Source of the DNA: Opitutia bacterium
GTDB taxonomy: Bacteria; Verrucomicrobiota; Verrucomicrobiia; Opitutales; T3Sed10-336
Assembly: GCA_050506795.1 (NCBI GenBank)
Contig: JBJHCF010000001.1
Coordinates: forward strand, 250,886-314,885
DNA length: 64,000 bases
Direction: 5' to 3'
This document shows positions 10,401-19,002 of this stretch, in pieces. The translations under genes and the position numbers were made by a program. Below the pieces are notes generated by a model. That model did no database searches. It was not told the DNA's origin and was given only the letters and a program-made list of their open reading frames with translations. How positions within the stretch are numbered: the first letter of the stretch is position 1; each line of letters starts with the position of its first letter.

Positions 10401-12968
10401 GTTCAATACCAGTCCGGCCTGGAACTGCCCGACGACATCACCATCCTGTGGGTCGATGACAACCATGGCTACATTCGTCAGCTTTCCAACGCGGAGGAGA
10501 GAGCTCGCTCGGGCGGCTCCGGCGTTTACTATCACCTCTCTTACTGGGGAGTGCCCCGCAGTTATCTTTGGTTCTGCACAACGCCGCCCGGCATGACGCG
10601 CTCAGAGATGATCAAGGCCTGGGACTTCGACGCTCGCCGCATGTGGATTGTAAACATCGGCGATATCAAGCCTCATGAAATAGGTACGGATTTCTTCCTG
10701 CGCATGGCGCGCGATCCAGAGGCTTTCCGCGACTTCGATCAGCACGCCTATCTGGCGGAGTGGGCCGCGCGAAGCTTCGGGTCCGTTCACGCCGATGCCA
10801 TTGCCACCGTCCTCGAGGAATATTATCGCCTCAATATCATTGTTCGCCCTGAACACCTCAACCATACGACCACCGGTTTCGACTTCGTTGGCAGAGAAGG
10901 TCGGGGCGACGAGGCCCAAACCCGCCTCGACGAGTTCACCGAGCTTGTCACCGCGGCCGACGCGATTTACGGGCAATTGTCCGCGGAAATGAGGCCCGCT
11001 TACTACGCCATGGTTCTTTTCCCTATCCGCGGCTCTTACCAGGTTAACAAGAAAGTTCTGCTTGCCGAGCGGAGTCGCCTCTGGGCCGAACAAGGCCGGA
11101 GTGCCACCTCCGCGCTGGCGGCTGAAGCTCATGCCGCCGATACCGCGCTCCGTGAGGAGACCGCGTTCTATAACCTCGTCAACGCGGAGGGAAAATGGAA
11201 TTACATGATCAATCCCATGGCGATTTCGTTACTGCCCGGGTGGGCGAGGGAGACGCAATCTCCTTATATCATGCCATCCGTCGGCAACTATAGTCCGCCC
11301 GCCGCCGCCGGTTTGGGCGTTGTTGTCGAGGGGGCGGCCAGCCCGCTTTCCGAAGGTGTGGACGGTAAGTTGGCGGCCTTTAGCCGGATCAGCGACGAAG
11401 GCCGTTTCATCGACGTTTTTAATACCGGCTCTGAAAGCTTTTCCTGGGTTGCCACGGCGAGTGATGACTGGATTCTCCTCAGCCAGGCCTCCGGCACGGA
11501 TGACGCCCGCCTAAGGGTGAACATCGATTGGACAAGGGTTCCGCGCGGATACGCCATTCCCGGCTCGATCACGATCGAGGCAGAAGGCTCCAGTCACACC
11601 GTCAAGGTCGAAGTCTTCAACCCGCTGGGCCTCGACGTTGCCTCCTTACACGCCGCGGTGGAGGACAACGGTCGCGTCGTCATTGGAGCCGCGGATTACA
11701 CCGCCCGGCACGACAACGCCGCCGGCGTGGGGTGGCGAACGGTCTCGGGCGCCACGATCGGCGGAAACGGAATGACGATCGAGCCAGTCACTGCAGACAG
11801 TATTGATCCGGCTTCCCTATACTCCGACACGCCATCTCTGACGTATGAGTTTCATTCTTTTACGAGTGGTTCGGTCCAGGTCAGGGTCAAGTGTCTTCCG
11901 ACCCATCGCATCACTTCCGATCACGGGGGCGTGCGTTACGCTGTGTCGATCAACGGGGACACACCGCAGGTCCTCGATCTCCACGCCAACGAATACACGG
12001 CGGCGTGGAACGCCAATGTTCTTCGCGCCTACTCGGAAGGCATCTCCTATCACACGATTGCCGAGCCGGGCCGCCAGACGATCGAAATCCAGATGATCGA
12101 CCCGGGCGTCGTACTCGACCGGATTTTCATTCAGGTCAATCCCGGGGGCTATGAGGCGGAGCACCTGGTTCGAACCGGCGTCGGCTCCCACCGCACATTC
12201 AACGAAGGGACTGCGAGTGGCGGCGTTGCCGTTTCCCTGGATGCCACCGCCATTGGCCAATACATCATGTTCGAGCTTCCGAGCGTTGCAGCCGGCCCTC
12301 TTGACCTTCTGGTTCGCGCTAAACCAGGCCCGAACCGGGGTATTGTTCAAGTTTCGATCGCCGACTCGGAAGGGGGCCCCTTTACCCCGCTCGGCGACCC
12401 GGTTGATCTCTATGCCTCCTCGTTGGCCTATGGCGACCTCGATCCTATACCGCTCGACCTGGCCACTGGCGGTGCTAAATATCTGAGGTTCGACGTCGTT
12501 GGGCGGAACGCCTCTTCCTCCGACTACTGGGTTGTGCTGGACCGGTTTGACCTCCCGGCCGCGGACACCGTCTTCGAGCCTTTGCAGGCATGGCGGAGAA
12601 TTTTCTTCGGCACGGTTGAGAACAGCGGAGAGGCCGCTGACGGTGCTGATCCGGCCGGCGACGGCATTCCGAACCTTCTGCAATACGCCACAGGCGGCAT
12701 TCCCACGGCGAATACCCTTCCCCGATGGAGGGCCGATCTGAGCGAACGTCACCTGACGCTCACTTTCCCGTGGCTGAGAGACGCCACCGATATTACTTAC
12801 CGAGTTCTTGCCGGCAATCGCCTCGACGACATGATCGAGATTTGGGCAAGCTCCGATGAAGCCTACCCGGGCGGTTCGGCGGATAGCGTCCTAAAGACCG
12901 TCACCGATCCCGAATCGATAGACGATCAGCCGTCACGCTTCATGAAGTTGCAGGTGACAAGGCCTTGA
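7470..12968 (+). CDS. Large secreted GH115 (alpha-glucuronidase family) with autotransporter beta-strand repeats, choice-of-anchor-X-like, BACON-like and CBM-like domains and C-terminal RF-type domain
   Basis: GH115 motifs GSDRRGTAFG, YRGIFLNDEDWGL, WPAMH, STSHHEPM, GMRG, DDNHGYIR, YYHLSYWG; LVKTGAGTLTLTGANTF repeat. Start may be 7422. Confidence 0.9.
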   Translation: MKQPAYLWRRIKAAGFSGRRPGKTCLALFLFLAVSLSVSAQHVTLLNNDGFGTSSFNSTGHWSDGLAPGPGKSYFTGNRLLRSPTTAGSFTFGGDSLTIDPGGRLIGKISDGVQTLTIGQLILNGGTLDEAGTNADTGKLIVAGAIEVTAPSFLGALGAPANNSEFFETLEITAPISGSAALTVAGSSNAGTNTGVVVLSAANPYSGTITVATPGNGFIASATHRLLQLNHREALRHANLNLASSANGVSFAADANTGPFHIGGLSGSSSQRLADTGDGPVTLEVGGNDLDTTFTGALHGPGRLVKTGAGTLTLTGANTFESDLSIQSGTLALGGGSLEVPSITLSTEGTLDVSSSAAPTLKGMRLGGEGEIKGSLTLGDAAELHFGGDDHSGSLSFRDDLTLAAGATVHLDFADAAGPDHEFFAVGGTLSLDQTSFHLQGGEGLTELDPSVSYLLATADSVTGRPNSDATWVGVPPANAADFRIVAIGDEVRLQTGGTPLYAAAAAVPTSATPGQQILLTVEVTPATEPDSTDIIVVADLSPIGGSSAQEFHSDGTHGDNVDGDYRFSFLATLDADISLGPIELIILASDAEERSVSTSLTFSVVPAVTEKYMAAPFLEVSEIALPGWFSVAASDQAASIHYDADDAAVVRIAAEALRDDIERVTGFISDVSTGAPVAGSQPILVGTLGQSSLIDDLVANEKLDVSLIEGEWEAYTAAVITDPLPGIERALVIAGSDRRGTAFGVFGLSEAMGVSPWYWWGDVPTPQKAAVHVESGVYVQPTPGVQYRGIFLNDEDWGLQPWAANTFEPEIGSIGPGTYATIFELLLRLHANVIWPAMHEWPVQTTPFYLIPENKVVADDYAIVISTSHHEPMLRNSHEYDESVLGPYNYWTNRTNIYNFWEERVIETAGYENIYTVGMRGRTDAGMLAPPGTTDAEKAEKIQNEIIPDQRQMLADHVNPDPSQVPQIFIPYKETLVQYQSGLELPDDITILWVDDNHGYIRQLSNAEERARSGGSGVYYHLSYWGVPRSYLWFCTTPPGMTRSEMIKAWDFDARRMWIVNIGDIKPHEIGTDFFLRMARDPEAFRDFDQHAYLAEWAARSFGSVHADAIATVLEEYYRLNIIVRPEHLNHTTTGFDFVGREGRGDEAQTRLDEFTELVTAADAIYGQLSAEMRPAYYAMVLFPIRGSYQVNKKVLLAERSRLWAEQGRSATSALAAEAHAADTALREETAFYNLVNAEGKWNYMINPMAISLLPGWARETQSPYIMPSVGNYSPPAAAGLGVVVEGAASPLSEGVDGKLAAFSRISDEGRFIDVFNTGSESFSWVATASDDWILLSQASGTDDARLRVNIDWTRVPRGYAIPGSITIEAEGSSHTVKVEVFNPLGLDVASLHAAVEDNGRVVIGAADYTARHDNAAGVGWRTVSGATIGGNGMTIEPVTADSIDPASLYSDTPSLTYEFHSFTSGSVQVRVKCLPTHRITSDHGGVRYAVSINGDTPQVLDLHANEYTAAWNANVLRAYSEGISYHTIAEPGRQTIEIQMIDPGVVLDRIFIQVNPGGYEAEHLVRTGVGSHRTFNEGTASGGVAVSLDATAIGQYIMFELPSVAAGPLDLLVRAKPGPNRGIVQVSIADSEGGPFTPLGDPVDLYASSLAYGDLDPIPLDLATGGAKYLRFDVVGRNASSSDYWVVLDRFDLPAADTVFEPLQAWRRIFFGTVENSGEAADGADPAGDGIPNLLQYATGGIPTANTLPRWRADLSERHLTLTFPWLRDATDITYRVLAGNRLDDMIEIWASSDEAYPGGSADSVLKTVTDPESIDDQPSRFMKLQVTRP

Positions 12969-12993
12969 CGACGTTTGGCGCAAGGGTTGCGGG

Positions 12994-13980
12994 TCAGACT
13001 TTTCCCTCCTGCCAGGAAGGTTCCACCAAAATCATCCGTGGATGGGTCGGAATGCCTGTAGTGTTTCTACTGATCAAATCGATCAGGCGTCCGGCGGTTT
13101 CGACTCCCACTTCCCAGGTCGGTTCCTTGACCCCGGTAACGTCCGAGTAGTGTTCAACACTGAGGCTCACAAAATTGAAGTCGGTCTTATCGTGAAGACC
13201 GGCGTCTTGCAGCCAACTTCGCACGAGGTTGGTTCCCAAAACGGTGCATTGGGGATTCCGCTCAACCCATTCAACCGCACGCCTCGGGCTCTCCAGGATG
13301 AAAGGCGCTCGAAGGCTCCGGTTTCGCAGGCGCTTCTGGAGATAACTCGCTACCCAGAGGTGGTTGGTCTTTCGGTCATGCAGTGCCGGGAGGATCAGAC
13401 GAACCGGATGCCGGAGGGTTTGCTTGATAAATGCCAGGGCCAGACGGGTCGAAGTGTAGTAATTGACGCTGACTCGATCCAGCGGGGAATCCGGGAAGGG
13501 ATGGCCGAGCATGACGGCGGAAAGCCGGTCCCAGGGTAACGTTGGCAAAGGACCTTCGCCTCTTTGCGGCCCCACGATGACGCCGGGAATACGCCGGGCC
13601 CAAAGGATCTTCTCCAGTCGGGACTCGGTAAGCTGAGGGTCTCCGACCCAGAGCTGTTCAAGATGGTAACCGCGCCGGGCCGCATGATGAGCGGCACCGG
13701 CATAATAGGTGTGAAAGAGGGTGCCGGGTGGTCCGGGCGAGGGATCCGGTCCCGAAATCAAATAAAGCAGGCCGGTACGTTGAGGCGGGTTCTTCGAATC
13801 GCGAAGGTGCGACATCAGCGAGGAAATGAGGGCGTTGGGACGGTAGCCAAGTTCCTGTGCGACTTCCTGAATTCGCTTCCGGCGGGAAGTGGAAATCCGG
13901 GGATCATCTCGCAAGGCGAGCGAAACGGTCGAGCGGCTGACGCCCAGGTGATCGGCAATACTTTGAAGTGTAACCGGCAT
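12994..13980 (-). CDS. LacI-family transcriptional regulator
   Basis: MPVTLQSIADHLGVSRSTVSLALR HTH; GYRPNALISSLM. Confidence 0.92.
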   Translation of the reverse strand: MPVTLQSIADHLGVSRSTVSLALRDDPRISTSRRKRIQEVAQELGYRPNALISSLMSHLRDSKNPPQRTGLLYLISGPDPSPGPPGTLFHTYYAGAAHHAARRGYHLEQLWVGDPQLTESRLEKILWARRIPGVIVGPQRGEGPLPTLPWDRLSAVMLGHPFPDSPLDRVSVNYYTSTRLALAFIKQTLRHPVRLILPALHDRKTNHLWVASYLQKRLRNRSLRAPFILESPRRAVEWVERNPQCTVLGTNLVRSWLQDAGLHDKTDFNFVSLSVEHYSDVTGVKEPTWEVGVETAGRLIDLISRNTTGIPTHPRMILVEPSWQEGKV

Positions 13981-14231
13981 TAATGCTGAAAGGAGTTCAA
14001 CGGGTTGAATCAAGAAAAGTTCGAAGCTGGAATCATCGCAAGCCATAAAAAAGCTTAAACGAAACTTCCGTGTCGGCCGGAGATGGCTGCCCACCTCCTC
14101 AATGATAGGAGAACGTGCCCCATGTTTTTCACGGCGGCACTTCCATGAAGGATAGGCATATTAAACCGATTATTGCATTAGGAATGCCCTTACCAGGATC
14201 CCAACGAACATCAAACACAAGAAGATAAAAA

Positions 14232-15104
14232 ATGACAAATCGAACGATACTATACCTCACAGCCGGCGCATTTGCGTTCGGTTCATTTCTGCTCATTGAC
14301 GCGCAAGCCCAGCAAAGGAATGTCGGCGTTCAGGCCGGCATGGTTTACTTGTGGCAAGACTTCAATGAAGGTGAAACGGTTATCGGAAACAATAACTGGC
14401 TGGCCTTCGAAGGAAGTGATGATTCCGTCGTGAATGTGCATGGCCCCAGCGGAGACTGGGCCGGCGGCAAGATGGCTCAGCTGAACAACGTCTCCGACCC
14501 TTGGCGCAGCGCGATTCCGCGCCGTGAGCCTCTGCCTGGAGATACGGGTACTCCTTGGCTGAGCAATTCGTTTACCGTGACTATGTATTCAGGAGGCTCG
14601 GGGGTAGCTACGACTCGTGCATTCCCTCTCCTGGCTGATCCATCAGGCTTCGCGGACATCCCCTTCCTTTTCGGGATCGAAAACTCGGCGTGGAACCTTC
14701 GCAACCCGGACCCGGGTGGAAGCCGCATATCGGGGGAGAGCAATATTAATCCCAATTCCTTCTATAATGTGACGCTGGGTTGGACCGATGAAGTCAATGG
14801 CGAGCGTGACATAAAAATGTGGGCTTACGATCATACCGCCCAACAGGATCTTGGGGTGGTCCTCGAAGCTACTGTGTCAGCGGCCTTCTTCGGTCCTGAT
14901 TCATCGGAATGGGTCGGATTTGGATTTCGCAGCCAAACACCGGATCAGGACAGCAGTCTTACAAGCAGCGGAGTTGCCGAATTCGGCGTGGCGGCTATCC
15001 CGGAACCCGGCACCTATGCTCTTTGGGGAGGCGCAATGGCACTGCTTTCGGTAGCATTCCTGCGTTATCGTCGCCAGCAGTTGCAGGCATCTGTCGGGCG
15101 ATGA
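14232..15104 (+). CDS. PEP-CTERM sorting domain protein
   Basis: Signal peptide; C-terminal IPEPGTYALWGG + hydrophobic helix + RYRR. Confidence 0.9.
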   Translation: MTNRTILYLTAGAFAFGSFLLIDAQAQQRNVGVQAGMVYLWQDFNEGETVIGNNNWLAFEGSDDSVVNVHGPSGDWAGGKMAQLNNVSDPWRSAIPRREPLPGDTGTPWLSNSFTVTMYSGGSGVATTRAFPLLADPSGFADIPFLFGIENSAWNLRNPDPGGSRISGESNINPNSFYNVTLGWTDEVNGERDIKMWAYDHTAQQDLGVVLEATVSAAFFGPDSSEWVGFGFRSQTPDQDSSLTSSGVAEFGVAAIPEPGTYALWGGAMALLSVAFLRYRRQQLQASVGR

Positions 15105-15141
15105 TAAATTGAGATTCGAGTCCGAGGACGGAAAGTCGCCC

Positions 15142-15180
15142 AAAAATCCGCCGCTCCCTCGGAGTCGGCGGATTTTTTTT
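15142..15180 (+). terminator. Rho-independent terminator, possibly bidirectional
   Basis: AAAAATCCGCCGCTCC-ctc-GGAGTCGGCGGATTTTTTTT hairpin with T tract after the PEP-CTERM gene. Confidence 0.85.
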
Positions 15181-15309
15181 CCGAAAACGCAAAGACGTCA
15201 GGTAACATGAACGGAAAAAGCCTCGAACTTGGGCTGAATTAGGGCGGTAAAACAACCTGACGCCCAACCAAAGGATTCTTCCAGCGGCATTATATCAGTT
15301 AATTATGGG

Positions 15310-16782
15310 TCAGTCTTCCGTTTTTAAATCATTCTGAATCACAACCGCCCAGTGGCCTGAATCCGGAGCCTGTAATAAAACACTTCCACCCCCTTCGGCA
15401 TATTGAGCTTCCAGCCATGTGCCGGAGTTGATGTCGAGCCAGCGAAGTTCCAAAGAATCATGTATAGATGAAACATTCAAGGTGACCTCTCCACCATTAG
15501 GAAAGTAAACAGCATATTGCTGTCCCCGGTTTGCCAGGGCATAAGCTTCGTTATCCGAACGATCCGACAGCAGATCGTTATCTGGTTGGGAGGCGAAAAG
15601 ATCAAATGAATCAGCCAGAATTCTCGCACTGCGAATCGTAGATTGAGCCCGGGGCCCCAAACCTAATCCCCAACTTGTAGAAACCTCATGAGCACCCGCA
15701 TCATCCCGAAAAGCCGGCCGATGGAATCTGGCACTGGATCCACCAGCAAAAACAATACGAAACAAACGGGCTACAGATTCTTCATCACCATCCCTGTTAT
15801 AAATTTTCACATTGTTGATTGGACGCGGAGCCTCGCTGATGTAATTCCTTACGTAGAGCATCTGGTTATAGTGATGCTGACCGGTCATCCAGTTGTTCTG
15901 GGAAACGTCGAGAAATTTGAACCGTTCAGCATTGTCGTAAGTATGATAATGATCGGATGCCGTAAGATCCGCATTTCGACGCATGTCGGTAACATACACA
16001 GTTCTTCCGGCATCTTCAGCTTTCTGATGAATGTAGTCGGCCCAGTAGTCACCAAAAGCTAACTCTTCTCCTGTTTCGTTCTGTATGCTGTAAATGACGT
16101 TCGGAAATTCCAGCGCAATGGAGAGTAACTGATCAACGAAAGCTTGTTGATAACCTAAAACAAGCTGATTATTATGGAGGGCCGGAACAGTATAATAGAA
16201 AGTATGGTCACTTGGAGAACCGCCAGGGGCGTAATCTGCAGCAGTTGGCAATCCTGATTCGACATCGGTGTAGTTAACGTTGTTGACCGGGTTAAAAGGG
16301 TTTTCTGACCATCCTCCCTGTGCTTCATGATCTTCAAAAATATCCCAGGGATCAAAAACTTCAATTTGTACAATGATGTCCCGATCACGTGTCATTGTCA
16401 GAAAGTTTTCAAAACGTTGCCAATACTCTTCATTAAACTGGTCCAGATCGAATTTCCCATCCGTCTGAGTGTAGGCAAACACATTGCCCGTGTTGCGATG
16501 GCTCATTGTATTGCGTACATAATTCCCGCCATTTTCAATCAGGAGGTCCAGATGTCGTTCAAGTCCCACAGGGTGATTGAAGAGGTTATCCTGCCAGGTG
16601 CCGCCCAGCAATAACAAAGACTCTCCCTTGTATTGCCAATAGTACGGATTGTTAGAGTAGGGGCGAATGTTATCGTTGGAGTGACCATCTGTGTCGGTGC
16701 GTCCTGTAGATTTACAGGATATAGCAATTAAGGCAACGGCTATTATTAGCAATATTTCTGTATTAAAATTATTCGGTTTCAT
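15310..16782 (-). CDS. Lipoprotein, putative TIM-barrel glycoside hydrolase-like (DUF4038/DUF6298-like) with C-terminal putative collagen-binding-type domain
   Basis: Lipobox AISC; NPYYWQYKG..LLLLGG, GGNYVRNTMS, IQNET; C-terminal YAVYFPNGGEV..LRWLD; AT-rich codons. Confidence 0.65.
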   Translation of the reverse strand: MKPNNFNTEILLIIAVALIAISCKSTGRTDTDGHSNDNIRPYSNNPYYWQYKGESLLLLGGTWQDNLFNHPVGLERHLDLLIENGGNYVRNTMSHRNTGNVFAYTQTDGKFDLDQFNEEYWQRFENFLTMTRDRDIIVQIEVFDPWDIFEDHEAQGGWSENPFNPVNNVNYTDVESGLPTAADYAPGGSPSDHTFYYTVPALHNNQLVLGYQQAFVDQLLSIALEFPNVIYSIQNETGEELAFGDYWADYIHQKAEDAGRTVYVTDMRRNADLTASDHYHTYDNAERFKFLDVSQNNWMTGQHHYNQMLYVRNYISEAPRPINNVKIYNRDGDEESVARLFRIVFAGGSSARFHRPAFRDDAGAHEVSTSWGLGLGPRAQSTIRSARILADSFDLFASQPDNDLLSDRSDNEAYALANRGQQYAVYFPNGGEVTLNVSSIHDSLELRWLDINSGTWLEAQYAEGGGSVLLQAPDSGHWAVVIQNDLKTED

Positions 16783-16812
16783 TGCTGTAAATTTTTCTGT
16801 TTTCTTAAACTA

Positions 16813-18227
16813 TTAATTACTTATTGGCTGCACATGAATAATCATGCGGCGATAAGCATATAAATTGGGAATGCCGTTGTCATGAATCTCTAGTATTAAA
16901 TGGAGATTTTTTCCAGCAGCATTCGGTGGGATGGCCACTTGAGCAGTCTGCAATGAACGGGTTTCGATCGTTACGCTTCCTTTATAGGAGCTGGGTTCCT
17001 CGTAAAAGAACCAGGAATAAAATATTTCATCCCCATCAGGATCGCTGGATCCGCCGGCACTTAGTTCAATGATAGCACCGGGGACCGTTGTGATGTTTAA
17101 CACCTCACGACTCTTATCGCCATTTAGTACTGCTACCGGGTGGTGGTTGGCATCTTCATACTTGCCGGTCACGCTCCAACCCATGCGCGCCTCAAAATCG
17201 TTGTCATAGCCCTTGTTCCAGCGCTTGATCGCCCTGGCTCCTTCCGGAGTGTTCCCATGCATGTAGTAGGGATCGAACTGGGGTTCCGCGTTCTCGTTAA
17301 TCTTGTGGACCTCCGACATGCTGCGAATACCGGCCCTCTTCTCAAAACTGAACCTGCCGCCCCAACCGCCCTGGTCGATCTTCTCGGGATCGTTCAGTCC
17401 GTTCGGATAGACATGCATGAAAGCCGGGGTATCACCTTCCGTTTCCCATATCGTGTCCGGATACAGGGCGCCCAACGGGCCAAGGCCTGGATCCTTTTCT
17501 GGTATTCACCATTTTTCGGAGGCTGCCAGCCATAGACTCCCGTTGCGCGGATGTAGAACAGATCAGGGAAGTTTTTTGCCATCCAGGCTCCGGTGTCGTC
17601 CTGACCGAGAATGTCAAACACCCGCACCTTGTTGAGGAATGCGGCGAACTCCTCGTTGGAGCGCGTTCCCCTGACCTTCCAGATGGCCTGGGCCAGAGTG
17701 TTGCCTCCGCCCCAGAATTGAACCCACACGGGCCGCGGATCGTCCTTGTCCACAGAAGCGATGATGAGGTCCGACCCCGCGGAATCCTTGCCGTCGCCCA
17801 CGTCGCTCATTCCATAACCGGACTGGCCGAGGACGGAAATCGACCTCAGGTAGTCGAGCGAAGGATACCCCTCTGAATGCACCTGAAGATTTGGTAGCAC
17901 TTGACCGTAGGCATCCACTATCTTGTCGAGCATGGCCGTGTTGCTCTGGTTCTTCCTCCAGCAACTGGTCGAAACAATCAGGCCCTCGATGTCAAAATCG
18001 TTGGCAGAAACCAACAGGCGGATCAGGGATTGTATATCGTCGGGGTCAGCACCGAGGTCGGTGGTAACAATGATGCGTGGTTTGTACAGTGCATTCGAAT
18101 TCACCGCTTCAGGCTCTCTCGAAACTGCGTGGGGAATGTCGAGAACCGCTACAAAGGCAGCGGCAATAAGCACAATGAGGAATTTTTGTCGGTTCAGTTG
18201 CATTTTCTTGCTGTTTTCTTGGTTCAT
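16813..18227 (-). pseudogene. DUF1593 (Sde182 nucleoside-hydrolase-like) protein split by a frameshift near 17485
   Basis: 5' ORF has PRIIVTTDLGADPDDIQSLIRLL and WGGGNTLAQA; another frame continues GPLGALYPDT..EGDTPAF, GGWGGRF, NDFEARM, ANHHP, SSDPDGD. Confidence 0.8.
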
Positions 18228-18537
18228 TTTCAGGCTCTTGTATTTCTATCTTATCGTCTGGTTTTTACTTGGGTTGTTATACGATCCAGTAGATAACCTA
18301 TACAAAAGCTGCTATTATGCAGGGAAACCACTTTGCAGGGGTGTCGGCAGTGGTGGCGCGAAATTCCGTTGGAAGCGGGAGCACTGCGGGTTTGTTACAA
18401 ATGGCAGAAGAAGTAGCTTAAATCATGTTTTCTCGATGGAATAAGTCTATTTCCAAGCTTGGCACATTGTTGTATTTCAGCTGAATTCGTCAAAACTCAC
18501 GCAGGCAGAATGGGACTCGGTTAAGATACAGTGGCGG

Positions 18538-18681
18538 GAATATTACCACTTGGTGTCGGAAACACCGGAAGGCAATTTTTCGCGTTTCATGCAGAAGCTG
18601 AGCACGGCTTACACGGTCTATTATAACCTGCGTCACCAGCGGAACGGGCATCTCTTGGCCGGTCGATTCAAGGCAACGTTG
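18538..18681 (+). pseudogene. Remnant of an IS200-like/REP-associated tyrosine transposase (Y1)
   Basis: YYHLVSETPEGNFSRFMQKLSTAYTVYYNLRHQRNGHLLAGRFKA; HuH motif damaged, both ends missing. Confidence 0.8.
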
Positions 18682-19002
18682 TTACCGGTTGCAGCCGGGA
18701 GCGCTCATATGTTCGATGCGCCGGATGAGAGGCAGCCGATTATAGTGGACGAGAACGGAGTTCACATAGCGACTGCAAATCTGGAATCCTCTATAATCCT
18801 GACCGTCGTCATCGACCAAACCGCCGATGGAGGGTTACAATCCAGCACTATTTCATCTGCGAAACACCATCCGTGAAATCAAATAAGACCAACTTAATCC
18901 GGGGCGGCCGGATGCTAAGGCGATGGATTCGGCGTGCGCCGTTTTTTGATTACATCGGCGTTTTTTCTTGTCAGCTTAATCATATATAAATACCCGCCAT
19001 TC

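Noticed and set aside
18682..18876. Remainder of the 108-aa ORF as an intact transposase
   Set aside because: Similarity ends after GRFKA, and the catalytic Tyr region and N-terminus are absent
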